Positions 13,471-24,545 of a stretch of 64,000 nt of DNA are shown in pieces. The first letter of the stretch is position 1; every line of letters starts with the position of its first letter. The stretch is from Sphyrna mokarran (Eukaryota). The notes under the pieces are model-generated. The model ran no database searches. It saw only the letters and a program-made list of their open reading frames with translations, and was not told the origin of the DNA. The DNA lies in assembly GCA_024679065.1 (NCBI GenBank), contig JAGIQG010000007.1, positions 76,632,001 to 76,696,000 of the forward strand, written 5' to 3'. The position numbers were made by a program, and so were the translations under genes.

Positions 13471-13818
13471 GAGGTGTTCTAGTCTCAAACAGCACATATA
13501 ACAGCACAGACTGTTTACAGATTACTGATTAGAATGCGAATCTTTACATTAACCTGCTATTCAAGCCTTAAAGTGGTTAACAATGTGAGTGGAAGGTGCA
13601 CTGAGCACAGATTAAAGAGATGTGTGTTGTAGCCTCACTTACTGTGCTGTCTGGAGACAAATGCACATCTCTTTAACCTGTGCTCAGTGCTCCATCCTCT
13701 CACATTGTTGGCCACTTTAAGACTTGAATAGCAGGTTAGGTGTAAAGATTTGCATTCTAATCAGTAATCTGTAAACAGTCTGTGCTGTTATATGTGCTGT
13801 TTGAGACCAGAACACCTC

Positions 13819-13862
13819 ATTCATCTGATGAAGAGCTCGAAATACCTCGAAAGTTTGTGAGT
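13819..13862 (+). ncRNA. Minimal type-I hammerhead ribozyme motif
   Basis: AUUCAU-CUGAUGA-A-GAG..CUC-GAAA-GU-UU-GUGAGU; both boxes intact, stems weakened by G-U pairs. Confidence 0.65.
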
Positions 13863-14424
13863 TTACTATCAAATAAATCGGTTGGACTTAAACCTGGTGT
13901 TGTCAGACTTCCTACTGTGATTCCTGGGATGACAGGGCTATCATATGAGGAGAGAGTAAGTTGGGTAGTATCATATTCATTGGAGTTTAAAATAATGAAA
14001 GAGGAACTCATAGAAACTGATGAAATTCTAACAGGATTGGGCAGAGTAAATTCTGAAAGAATGTTCTTGATGGTGGAGGAGTCCAGAACTAGGGAATCAT
14101 AGTTTAAGGATAAGGGGTAGACATTTTAAGATTGAGATGAGGAGAAATGTCTACCCAAGAAGTATCAATCTGTGGAATTCATTACTATTGATAGTTCAGG
14201 CCAAAACATTGTGTGATTTCAAGAAGAAATTAGATATAGCTCTTGGGCCAAAGGGATCAAGGGATTTGGAGGGAAGGGGGCAAGCAAATATTGACTTTGA
14301 AGATCAAAATGAATGGTATGGCAAGCTCATAGAGCCAAATAGCCTAATCCAGCTTCTATTTTCTATGGTTCTGTGTATTTTATTAGAAAATATGGTAAAG
14401 TGTAGGGATCCCATCAAACATAAA

Positions 14425-15333
14425 AGTGGTGATTCTCTTAGCCCAGCACAGTGGGCCATGAGACATCACCGGATGCTGTTTTATGGGTGCCCAGTGGGAA
14501 GATTCTGGCGTAACCAGCTGCATGCCGGAAATTGGTGTGGAGCTGATTACAATATGGAAATCAGTATTTCCATATCATTTAGAAGACCCAGCACTGAAGT
14601 CTCTGGTCCCATTAGCATCTCCCGCCCCCTACCAGTAGTGGTTCTTTCCAGCAGGTTTACAAATGTTTCCCACTAATGGGGAACAGGTGGCCCAACCCCA
14701 CTGGTGAGAAGGATGACCATTGAGACTCCTTCTGGGAGGTCAGGGCTAAGGGGGGATTGCCCCTTAGACAGCCAAGCTGTCCTCCTGGCGCTGCACAAGG
14801 GACAAACTGGCAATGCCCAAGGAGCACCTTGGCACTGCCCACCAGGCATTGAGCAGTGCCAAAAGGATGGGGCCTATCGAGTTTGCATGGGGGGGTTCCA
14901 CTGCCATTCTGCATTTAGAATTGCAGGCAGAGGGAAGAATAGATTGGGACTAACCATTCGGATGGGGGTTGTGGGTTGAACCGCCAGCGGAGGAGTCAGG
15001 GAGACCAGGAGTAGCCAGGAGAGCTCCAAAAGGCCAACAATCATGGAGTGGAGGGAGTCAGAAGGCCAATGATGTGGGGTTGCGGGGCAGGCCTGTGCAA
15101 TGCAGTATCTCTGCTCTGATAGATTGGCACGTGCGCAGTGGCCTGCTCAGCAATGTGCTGCCAGCCTCTATGGCAGGGATAGGCTCCACCCCCTGATTTT
15201 CAGAGGGAATCCCACTTAGGCACTCTGCAGTGCTTAGAGTGTGGGAGGTTGAATCTGAAAATCCCGTTAACCGGAGTTACTCCAGTTTTCATGCGAACTG
15301 GGGACTTAGAAATTTTTTGGAGAATCCTGGCCA
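14425..15333. mobile_element. Non-autonomous TIR DNA element with G-rich interior
   Basis: Left ggtgattctc and right ggagaatcctggcc resemble the TIR type seen on other MITEs here; no coding capacity; subterminal similarity to 41500-41690 and 63850-63970. Confidence 0.5.
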
Positions 15334-15349
15334 AAATGTTTCCTTCATT

Positions 15350-16605
15350 CATAGAACATAGAACATAGAACATTACAGCACAGAACAGGCCCTTCGGCCT
15401 TCGATGTTGCGCCGACCAATATAAAAAGCAATGCCCCTCCAAACTAAACCATTCCTTTCTCTTCCATATACTTATCAACTAACCTCTTAAACGCCACCAA
15501 ACTTGGCACATCTACAACCGCTGCAGGCAGGGCATTCCACTCCCGAACCACCCTTTGGGTAAAGAACCTGCCTCTGATATCCGTCCTATAACTATCACCC
15601 CTTAATTTAAAGCTGTGTCCCCTCGTGCTAGCTTTCTCCATCCTAGGAAAAAGGCTATCACTGTCCACCCTATCTAAACCTCTAATCATCTTATATGTTT
15701 CGATTAGGTCCCCTCTTAGCCGCCTCCTTTCTAACGAAAACAACCTCAAATCCCTCAGCCTCTCCTCATAAGACCTGCCCTCCATACCAGGCAACATCCT
15801 GGTAAACCTCCTCTGTACCCTCTCCAATGCCTCCACATCTTTCTTATAATGTGGGGACCAGAACTGCACACAATACTCCAAGTGCGGCCGCACTAGAGTT
15901 TTGTACAGTTGCAACATGACGTTGCGGCTCCGAAATTCAATCCCTCTACCAATAAAAGCCAAGACTCCATATGCCTTCCTAACAACCTTCTCGACCTGAC
16001 TGCCTACTTTCAGGGATCTATGCACATACACACCAAGATCCCTCTGTTCATCTAGACTACTAAGAATCCTACCATTTGCCCTATACTCTACACATTTATT
16101 ATTTCTGCCATAGTGCATTACCTCACACTTTTCCACATTAAACTCCATTTGCCACCTCTCGGCCCAGCTCTGCAACTTGTCCAAGTCCCTCTGCAAACTA
16201 TAACACCCCTCTTCACTATCTACCACTCCACCGACTTTAGTGTCATCTGCAAATTTACTAATCCATCCTTCAATACCCTCATCCAGATCATTTATAAAAA
16301 TTACAAACAGCAGGGGCCCCAAAACAGACCCCTGAGGTACACCACTTGTCACCGAACTCCACGATGAATATCTCCCATCAACCACCACCCTCTGTCTTCT
16401 ATCTGCTAGCCAATTCCTAATCCAATTAGCTAAATCACCCTCTATCCTATACATCTGCATTTTCTGCAGAAGTCTTCCATGGGCCACCTTATCAAACGCC
16501 TTACTAAAGTCCATATATACCACATCAACCGCCTTACCCCCATCCACCTCCTTAGTCACTTTTTCAAAAAACTCAATGAGGTTAGTAAGGCACGACCTAC
16601 CCTTC
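15350..16605 (-). mobile_element. Young 5'-truncated CR1/HER1-like LINE
   Basis: Uninterrupted ORF2 fragment, short 3' UTR and (TTCTATG)n tail (catagaa x3 at 15350-15372 on +); truncated just 5' of GRSCLTNLIEFF. Confidence 0.95.
15444..16559 (-). CDS. CR1 ORF2 reverse transcriptase, C-terminal portion (partial; no true start)
   Basis: Motifs YMDFSKAFDKV, SGVPQGSVLGPLLF, FADD (catalytic), LVRPHLEYCVQFWSP and LERRRLRGDLIE, with no stops over 371 codons. Confidence 0.9.
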   Translation of the reverse strand: MTKEVDGGKAVDVVYMDFSKAFDKVAHGRLLQKMQMYRIEGDLANWIRNWLADRRQRVVVDGRYSSWSSVTSGVPQGSVLGPLLFVIFINDLDEGIEGWISKFADDTKVGGVVDSEEGCYSLQRDLDKLQSWAERWQMEFNVEKCEVMHYGRNNKCVEYRANGRILSSLDEQRDLGVYVHRSLKVGSQVEKVVRKAYGVLAFIGRGIEFRSRNVMLQLYKTLVRPHLEYCVQFWSPHYKKDVEALERVQRRFTRMLPGMEGRSYEERLRDLRLFSLERRRLRGDLIETYKMIRGLDRVDSDSLFPRMEKASTRGHSFKLRGDSYRTDIRGRFFTQRVVREWNALPAAVVDVPSLVAFKRLVDKYMEEKGMV

Positions 16606-17049
16606 TTCTACATTGAACAAATACTATTGGAAGCATTGCACTGGTTGAGCCTTACCATGCCTCATTGTTCTGTTCTCACATGCAGTGCTGTAGAATTGTG
16701 GAATGTGAAACACAGCTTCAGATACTCCCATGATGAATCCTGTTATCTGGGCAAATGTCTCCTCCCTGCAATGGAGCTGGCCAGGTCAGGAATGCAGGTT
16801 ATGAGTTCATCACCCCCATTCTTATCTTGTGCAGCACAAATTGGGGGCATCGAGAATTAAGTCAAGCCCACCGTTTTGAAATGTGGGATCATGTTACACA
16901 GAAAGTTACAGTGAAAATATGTAAGAAGTATCACTTGTACTGACCAACTTAACACCACCACTCACTTTCATTTGGCTTTGGATGTATTGCAGTGCCCTAA
17001 TCAAAGTGTTCTCAAATTTTAGGACTGATATTCTTTCCATCGTAAGAAA

Positions 17050-17900
17050 AGGACCTGAGTTGGCACCCATCAAATATCCCTTCAAAACAAACACTCTTGT
17101 TAGCAGGCTGCCTGTTATTGGACCTGTACTGTTTAACACATAGAGTTATATCCATTGTGTCAAGGTATCTGAACATTATCTTTTGTCGACAAACATCATG
17201 TTCAATTAGTGTCCTTGTGTAAAGGTGGCTCTTGTCTTCTCTGCAGTTGGGTTAATGGTTGGCAGAGGAATGTGAGAAGTCAAGGGGATAACCCTTATCC
17301 ATTCACCTTAGCTGCCAGTCAGAATATTTGTGAAGACCCAGTTTGCTTTAAGATGAATGAATTGTGTCAACTGCCAAAGTAGCAGGTGCATCAATGCAGA
17401 TATTTCTTGCGATGGTAACAGGTATTAGACATTTAAAGAGTGGTGCCTTTAGTTAATATATTTCTCCAAATTTTGCTTGGATGCCCTTATTACCACTTGA
17501 ATGTAGGGAAGCTTCCCAACGAGACAAATTCTGTCACCCTCCTTATCTGCAATAGAGTGTTAGTCTTCAACAAGATAAACTGCCCCACCTTGGCAAATCA
17601 TGCACAGATGACTTAATGGATTTGTCGTGTGCTGCTGACTGGGAAATTCCACAGAGAATGGCTGAGGAGACATGGAAAGACACATTAGCAAGAAAATACA
17701 GGGTCACTTTCAAGACTACTGGGAAGATTTGCCTTTGATATCCTTTGGCTGCAGGTTTTGTTGCAGGTCTGAGTACAGCCATTAATCCTTGGGACAAGCA
17801 CAGCCTCTTCTGACATTATTCTTCCTTATGTTCAGCTAAAATACCCTGTTCCTGTACATCCTTTCAGTTGGGTATTGCTATGCTATTCTATATCTTCTTC
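17050..17900 (-). mobile_element. PIF/Harbinger (HARBI1-like) transposase remnant
   Basis: Minus strand FPVVLKVTLYFLANVSFHVSSAILCGISQSAAH (HTH region), DKGYPL at ~17281-17299, and RTLIE..MFRYLD near 17160-17220. Confidence 0.7.
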
Positions 17901-19879
17901 TTGTGGGAACAATGTTTTGTTCCTCTCACCATTGGATCTATACATGTATAGATGAATGAGACATTTCAGGCTATTGCTACTGCAGTACCCATGCAAAGCA
18001 CCATGAAAAGGAGCTATCTGACTACTGAAGACTCTAAGGCTGCAATGAAGATCTGGCAGTGGTGGGTCAGGCCTGCAGGGATTCCCCTCCCTGGCAGAGA
18101 ATCTCTTGGCATGCAGTCAAACCACCCAGTTCTCAAAGCTGAGAAAAATCGCTGGAAGAAAGCTGCTCCACTCCAATCCTGGAGTGTCCCCAACCTGGAA
18201 GAACTGGGTTAGCCTCGAATGAGTAGAAATGTTTTTCAAAGGTTTCATGAAATGTGCAGAAGGGGAGAAAAATATCAGGACAAACAATTTTCCTCCACTT
18301 CTTATCATCCCAACATACATCAGAAGTGCACACAAAGCCTTCCTGACCTAGCAAAGACCACACCCTAAAAAAATTGGATGGGACTAGGAAAGCACAGGAA
18401 TTTTTTTTTTCCTTGTGAAACAAAATATTATGAGCCGAATCCCACTTCTGAGGAGGTGAAAATCCATCCCTATATTTGCTCACCTCCTGCTGTGCCAAAA
18501 ACATCAGAATTTTTCATTATTTTTAATTAAATTCTTTTGACTCTTGCAGTTAGATTCCAATAAATGTATTCCTTCAGATAATTTCAAACTCAAAATACCT
18601 GTTTTAAGGATTAAAAATGGACTCTGCATCAGTCAAGCATCTTCAAAATGAAATATGTTTCTACTGAGCTGTGCAGTTTCAATTCATTTCCAAGCCTCAA
18701 CAAGCTGACAGGAGATTCAATACAGCTTGACCCATTACTGATAGAAATTCCTCCATTAGAATCTCTGCATCGCTTCCCATTAGCATACACTGCATCGAAA
18801 CCTTTAAACCTGCCTACAGGTGGTTTACCGTCAATTATGTAAGCGTTTTTAAAAGAATTGCTGAGAGAATTATGAACATAAAACAATTCTTCCGTCCAGG
18901 TAATAATGTTGAACTTGTCATTTGTGTTGGAGTTTTTGAAGTTTGAAACCTACCATTTTTTATTATGTTCCACAGCGAACCACTCAGCTAGTGTTGGCTA
19001 CAAGGTAATCATACAGATTGCCATCCTTTCATGTCCCATGTCAGTCAGCGAACATCTAAATGCACGAACCAGAGGAAGACACAGGAATATGGTTTCTTCA
19101 GCCCGCTGCTGAGGTTTTGCAGCTTGGACACTTATGACTCAACATTCAGCAAAGGAAAGAAAGGCCAGTTAGTAGGATTTTTGATGAGATTACTTGCTGT
19201 TTGAGTTTGACACTGATGCTGGCTGATTAATACCTGCTTGAGTGTGGAAACTTTAAACAAGTAATATTCCAGGTGTCAAGAATTCTTTCTGCTAGCAGAA
19301 CAACACCTGGAAACCATTGTGCCGCACAGGCTAAATATACTTCTTCCATGGTGACATATTTCCTACACCTGTTTCTGAGATCAAAAGTTGGATGGTTAAG
19401 ATATTCAAAAAGCAGGAATTAAGGTCATCAACCATGTATTTTGATCTGGCTTACAATACTGCTTTGCAGTTTTTCCACACTTAAGGGAGTTTCAGGGCTG
19501 TTGCTTACAAGTCAATGAATAGCATTGGCACTCTGGCAAAAGCCAGAGCCTTCATCAAATCCAACAACAACAGAACACTGATGTTTGATCTCTGGACTGC
19601 CATCATCCTTTCAGGTCAGGGGTAGCATAAATGTGTAATTTATCAAAAACTGGCTGCAACCCATTTCAATCCAGGGAATCCTGAGACAATTTGATCGTCA
19701 TTTGGTGCTGATTAGTCTGATACCCGGTGACGTACAACAAACATTCAAAATAGCCTAGATCCCTTAGGGAATATCACAAATAAAACAAAACAGTAGAACC
19801 AAAGAACTTCCATTCAGCCTGAAACTGGATAAATATAAACATTCTTCACAGTTCTATGCTTCAACAAATTTCTGGCTTC

Positions 19880-20276
19880 CTTTTTTTATTCATTTGTGGG
19901 ACATGGGCATTGCTCACTGGTCAGCATTTATTGCCCACCATCATTCAGAAGTGCACACAAGGCCTTCCTGGAAGGCCTTGCCCTTGGAAGGCAGTTGAGA
20001 TTCAATAATATTGCTATGGCTCAGATATCACATATAGGCCAGGCCAGGTAAGGATGGCAGACTTCCTTCCCTTTAGGACACTAGTAAACTAGAATGGGTT
20101 TTTCTGACAATCAACAATGGTTTCATGGTCATCAGTAGATTATTAATCCCAAATACTTTTTATTGAATTCAAATTCCACTATCTGCAGTAGTAGGAATTA
20201 ACCTGTGTCCCCACAACATTAGCTGAGTTTCTGGATTAATAGTCCAGCAATAATACCATTAAGCCATCACCTCCCC
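19880..20276 (-). mobile_element. Second tRNA-derived SINE family (A-rich tail)
   Basis: Minus-strand head ggggaggtgatggcttaatggtattattgctggacta; body shared with 36000-36312 and 54495-54850; tgaataaaaaaa tail. Confidence 0.75.
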
Positions 20277-21144
20277 TTGGAAAAGATATTTCGTCATTCA
20301 GGATTAGTTCAAATATGATTGCACATGGAAGGCTTGATTTTCCTTTGCATTCTCGATTGAAGTCGACTGGAGAATGTTCGAAAATTCCTGCTATGAAGCG
20401 AATGTGCAACCTACTCCCCAGCCGTTCACTTCACCCTCACTTGCCAGATGCAGATGGTGAGAAGGCTTGTTTCTCAGGTCTCAATGGATTTCCCCACCTT
20501 CTGCCCCAGTTATCATTGATGCCCCGGCTGATCAAGGGGTGGTTGGCCAGGGAGCAGGGAGACAATGGCAGTGGGTAAACCTTCATAAGTATCACCCTAA
20601 ATAGGAATTAATTTCAGACTGAGTTGCACCTCAAAACACCCACTCACGGAGTCAGCAAAAATTGTGAAGAATAACTTGTTCAGCATTGCATACTCCAAAT
20701 ACTGGCACAACTCAATGTTCTGCTTTTATTTTGCTGAGCTACTGGAGATTTTAAATTGCTTAGTACTTGATTTATTGTTTCACTTTCCTTGCTTCATTGG
20801 AAGTGAATGCACATTTTTGTTATGATCACATTTCCTGCTCCTTGGGGACATTAACTTTTGTAGGTTACACAAATTTTCAACAGTAATGACACTAAGGTCT
20901 TCCCATTTCGAGGGAGAGAGAGAGCCTTATGGAAGCCTCCCCTCCTTGTATTCTAGTCTCCACTTGCCCTGCTGTGTGGATCAAGGTCTCCCATTTTAAC
21001 CTAACCTACCCAATAGAAACAGGTAGATTTGATTTAGTCCAACATTTTACACCACGTATTACGCTTCATTGACCTCAATGGCAAGGAGGGCATCTGACCC
21101 AAATCCATCTTTCTACCACTAGATGAGTTAGATTACAATTTAAA

Positions 21145-21660
21145 AAGAAAGACTTGTACATTTAACTAGTACTTTTCCTGACTGCCGGACGTCTTAAAGC
21201 ACTGTACAGCCAGTGGAATACTTTCCAAGCATAGTGACCTTATTGTAACGCAGGAAAGAAGGCAGCTAATTTGCACACAGCAAACTCCCATAAACAACAA
21301 TGCGACCATGACCAGATAATGAGCCTTTTATGATATTGTTTGAGGAATTGGCCAGGACAGAAGGGATAACTCCCCTGCTCTTACTTCCCATAAAGGGGGC
21401 GGAATCTTACGTTCACATCAGCAGGATTTTCTGGGTCCATTACAGTGAATAGAGATATGGGGGCCACCGAATTCTTTGTCCTCGCTGTATCAGCAATGGA
21501 GTTTGAATGGCCAGTCAAATTACATGGAGGATCTTATATATCCACCAACTAAATGCATCCAAACATCAGCACCTCCAACAGTTCCCTCAACACTGCACTG
21601 ATGTGTCAGCCTTGATTTTTGCACCCAAGAGTGGGACTTGAAGTCAGAGGTGAGAGTGCT
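21145..21660 (-). mobile_element. Deu-domain SINE, interrupted by a small MITE (~21394-21527)
   Basis: Reverse-complement similarity to 1870-2220 (gcagctaatttgcacacagcaaactccc, ggccaggaca..ctcccctgctctt). Confidence 0.65.
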
Positions 21661-21675
21661 GACAAATGTCACAAG

Positions 21676-21795
21676 GGGCAGGATTTTCCAGTCGTCCCCA
21701 GGCTGAAATTCCTCCTCCCAAGGTCAATGGGTTTTTGCATGGTCCACACCCACCCACTATAATTTCTGTGCAGTTGACATGGGAAAATTTCACCC
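21676..21795. mobile_element. 120-bp MITE with 14-bp TIRs and 3-bp TSD (AAG)
   Basis: aag|gggcaggattttcc ... ggaaaatttcaccc|aag. Confidence 0.75.
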
Positions 21796-21884
21796 AAGGT
21801 TTTATCAAAGCTTTGATTTCTGCTGCAATCTATTGGTTTGACAATCTTCTGTTCTCTTTAATTGCCTGACCTCCTCTCCTGATA

Positions 21885-21995
21885 GAGCTATAGAGTCAGA
21901 GATTTACAGCAGGGAAACAGACCCTCCAGTCCAACTTATCCATACTACTCCTTTTTTAACCCTTTAAGCTAGTCCCTATTGCCCGGGTTTGACCC
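21885..21995 (-). mobile_element. CR1 3'-UTR fragment
   Basis: Reverse complement of the CR1 3' end at 60290-60395 (ctgtttcc..gctgtaaatctct..gactcta). Confidence 0.6.
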
Positions 21996-22297
21996 AAAAA
22001 TCATCAAAATCCTCTTGTTGAAGAAGCCCTACTGCAAGATTTTCTGACCAGACACTGATGGAATCGTTGTTGGTGATAGGAAGTGGCTGGGAGATAGTGG
22101 TTCTGTGATGATGTTTGACTCAGGAAAGTTGGTCAGAATTTTATTGATGTCTTAGGAGTGGGTAAAAGTCTTCCCCTTGCACCTGGGAGGTGAATTCCAG
22201 TGAATTTTCTAACGGGGACACCTCGAAACATGTTTTCATTCTGTCTCATATAATTACAAATTGCAATTAAATATAGATTTTCACTGCCCATAATTAT

Positions 22298-23312
22298 ATG
22301 GTGGTACAGTGGTTAGCACTGCTGCCTTACAGCGCAGGGACCAGAGTTCGATTCCCGGCTTGGGTGACTGTGCAGAGTTTGCACATTCTCCCGGGTCTGC
22401 ATCGGATTTCTCTGGGTGTTCTGGTTTCCTCCCACAGCCTGAAAAACATGCTGGTTAGTTGCATTGGCCATGAACAATTTGATTAGGGATAGTCAATACG
22501 GTTTTGTGAAGGTAGGTCGTGTCTCACAAACTTTATTGGTAATGTTGATGAGCAGAGAGATCTCGCTATCCATGTGCATAGATCCCTGAAAGTTGGCACC
22601 CAGGTTGATAGGGTTGTTAAGAAGGCGTACAGTGTGTTAGCTTTTATTTGTAGAGGGATTGAATTTCGGAGTCATGTTGCAGCTGTACAAAACTCTGGTG
22701 TGGCCACACTTGGAGTATTGCGTATAGTTCTGGTTGCTGCATTATAGGAAGGATGTGGAAGTATTGGAAAGGACGCAGAGATTTACCAGGTTGTTTCCTG
22801 GTACGATGGGAAAGTCTTATGAGGAAAGGCTGAATGACTTGAGGCTGTTTTCATTAGAGAGAAGAAGGATAAGAGGTGACTTAATAGAGGCATATAAGAT
22901 GATCAGAGGGTTAGATAAGGTAGACAGTGAGAACCTTTATCTTCGGATGGTGATGGCTAGTATGAGGAGACATAGCTTTAAATTGAGGGATGATATAGAA
23001 CAGATGTCAGAGGTAGGTTCTTTATTCAGAGAGTACTAAGGGCATGGAATGCCCTTCCTGCAATAGTGATGGACTCGTCAACATTAAAAGGTTATCGAAT
23101 AAGCATATGGATGATATTGGAATAGTGTAGGTTAGATGGGTTTTAGATTCATTTCACAAGTAGGCACAACATCGCGGGCTGAAAGGCCTGTATTGTTCTA
23201 TGTTAAACTCTTCCTCAAAAAGGTGCCAAAGTGTGGGTGTCTAGGGGATTTTCACAGTAACTTCATTGCGGTGTTAATGTAAGCCTACTTGTGATACTAA
23301 TAAATAAACTTA
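22298..23312 (+). mobile_element. tRNA SINE (V-SINE type) split by a CR1 insertion
   Basis: Head ggtggtacagtggttagcac and gttcgattcc at 22298-22470. The tail cagtaacttcattgcggtgttaatgtaagcctacttgtgatactaataaa resumes at ~23205-23312. Confidence 0.7.
22480..23185 (+). mobile_element. CR1 LINE 3' fragment with internal deletion
   Basis: Closely similar to the 15350-16605 copy (YRKDVEVLER..FSLERRRIRGDLIEAYKMIRGLD); the SQYGFVK/RSCLTN block is joined directly to NVDEQRDL. Confidence 0.9.
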
Positions 23313-24242
23313 AAAGTATAACTCATGAAAACTGGATGAAAATGGTTAATTTAAACTGGGTTTAATTATTGCCAATTAGAAATTAAATCAGGTCAGTGAA
23401 TACCTTCACAGCTGCCTGTGACACAAAATTGTTCAGATTGTGTACAATGCTTTATCAGCCTTGTGATTGCTCACACTAGTGACATGCTGAAATAGTGCCA
23501 TCACTCCTCACATAACAAGGTATCTTGTGACTGAGGTGCTGAATTGCAGCTCACATTTCATTTAAACTGAGGCATCTTGAAAACCGTGTCAGCATGAAGC
23601 CAACCTCATAATGTCGTTGGAGAGTGCAATGCCAAATAAACTCCACAACAGAATATTTGCTGCATCCAGCATATAAGTGAGGTCTGAAAAGCAAGCTGCT
23701 ATACAACGATACAGTGTTTACTGTAATTTTGGATGTTGCTATTAAGATTTGCTGTCCATGTATTGTAATACACTCTATACAAGGAGAAAGCTGAAGTTTG
23801 AGATATGCTTAATCAACTGTCTGACAACCTGCTGGGTTCTCGATCCTATTGTATTGGAAGTGTGTTTAGATCAATTTGATTCCAATTTCCTGAATCTAGT
23901 TAATCACTGCACAGCAAAGTTGCAAAGAGAGAACTTTTATTTATATTGTACTTTATATGATGACCTTACATCCACAAAGTAAAAATACCTTTGAATTTGT
24001 ATGGAGTGTATTCAAAATCTTGATATGGACAAATTGTAGGTAAAGGCCTGCTGTGTGTGAATTATATTAAAGCCCTACGTTATCTTTAAACACAGTTGAT
24101 AGCTTGTCCTCTTCCCCATGCATGAAAATACAACGGGACTCTTTTGAAAAGAATCTTCTGACTCAGTGTACTTTCACAGCAGGAGGAGTAAATGTGTGAT
24201 GCAGCTATTAACCTAGAGGCAAAATAAGGTCAATATTTCTGA

Positions 24243-24545
24243 AACAAAAGCAAAATATTGCGAATGATGGAAATCTGGAATAATAACGGAAAATGTTAGT
24301 CAGGCAGTTACTTCAGATGGATGACATTTCATCAGAACCATCAAACATTAGAGATGTAATAGATTTTAGAAAAGTAGAGAGGCAGGCGAAGGTAGTGGAG
24401 TGTAGGGTGAAAGGGAATGTCTGCGAGAGGATGGAGGGTAAGACAAAAGCAGATGGTAATAGAAGAAGTAAACAAGAAATGGATCTCAAGGAAATGTACT
24501 TGGAAATAGCATTTAATCTGGAAAGCTACAAAGTGCCTATCTGAA
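24243..24545 (-). mobile_element. Penelope-like 3' fragment (second family) with degenerate hammerhead
   Basis: Minus strand gtt-ctgatga-aatgtcatccatct-gaag-taac followed by ccagatttccatcattcgcaatattttgctttt; same family as 42300-42430. Confidence 0.5.

Larger units (their letters stand above)
13339..13918. mobile_element. Penelope-derived non-autonomous fold-back element (two inverted pLTR-like arms) with ~15-bp TSD
   Basis: Arms ~13372-13628 and ~13659-13918 are reverse complements around a ~30-nt spacer. Flanks are tggttccggggatga (13324-13338) and tgattcctgggatga (13918-13932). The arms are homologous to the 3' region of the GIY-YIG-bearing copy at 56570-56878. Confidence 0.85.
12975..14370 (+). 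mobile_element. CR1 LINE ORF2 3' part, interrupted at 13339-13918
   Basis: IMLQLYKALVRPHLEYCVQFW..KDVLSLEGV before the insert; IPGMTGLSYEER..SLEF..ELIET after it; 3' tail ttctatggttct. Confidence 0.9.

Noticed and set aside
13271-14102. Two near-identical ORFs starting MLLYVLFETRTPHS on opposite strands
   Set aside because: An artefact of the inverted repeat; the second one runs by chance into the CR1 frame.
18629-18905. Overlapping open frames with a donor-like cag|gtaata
   Set aside because: No convincing acceptor and no recognisable protein similarity in any frame.
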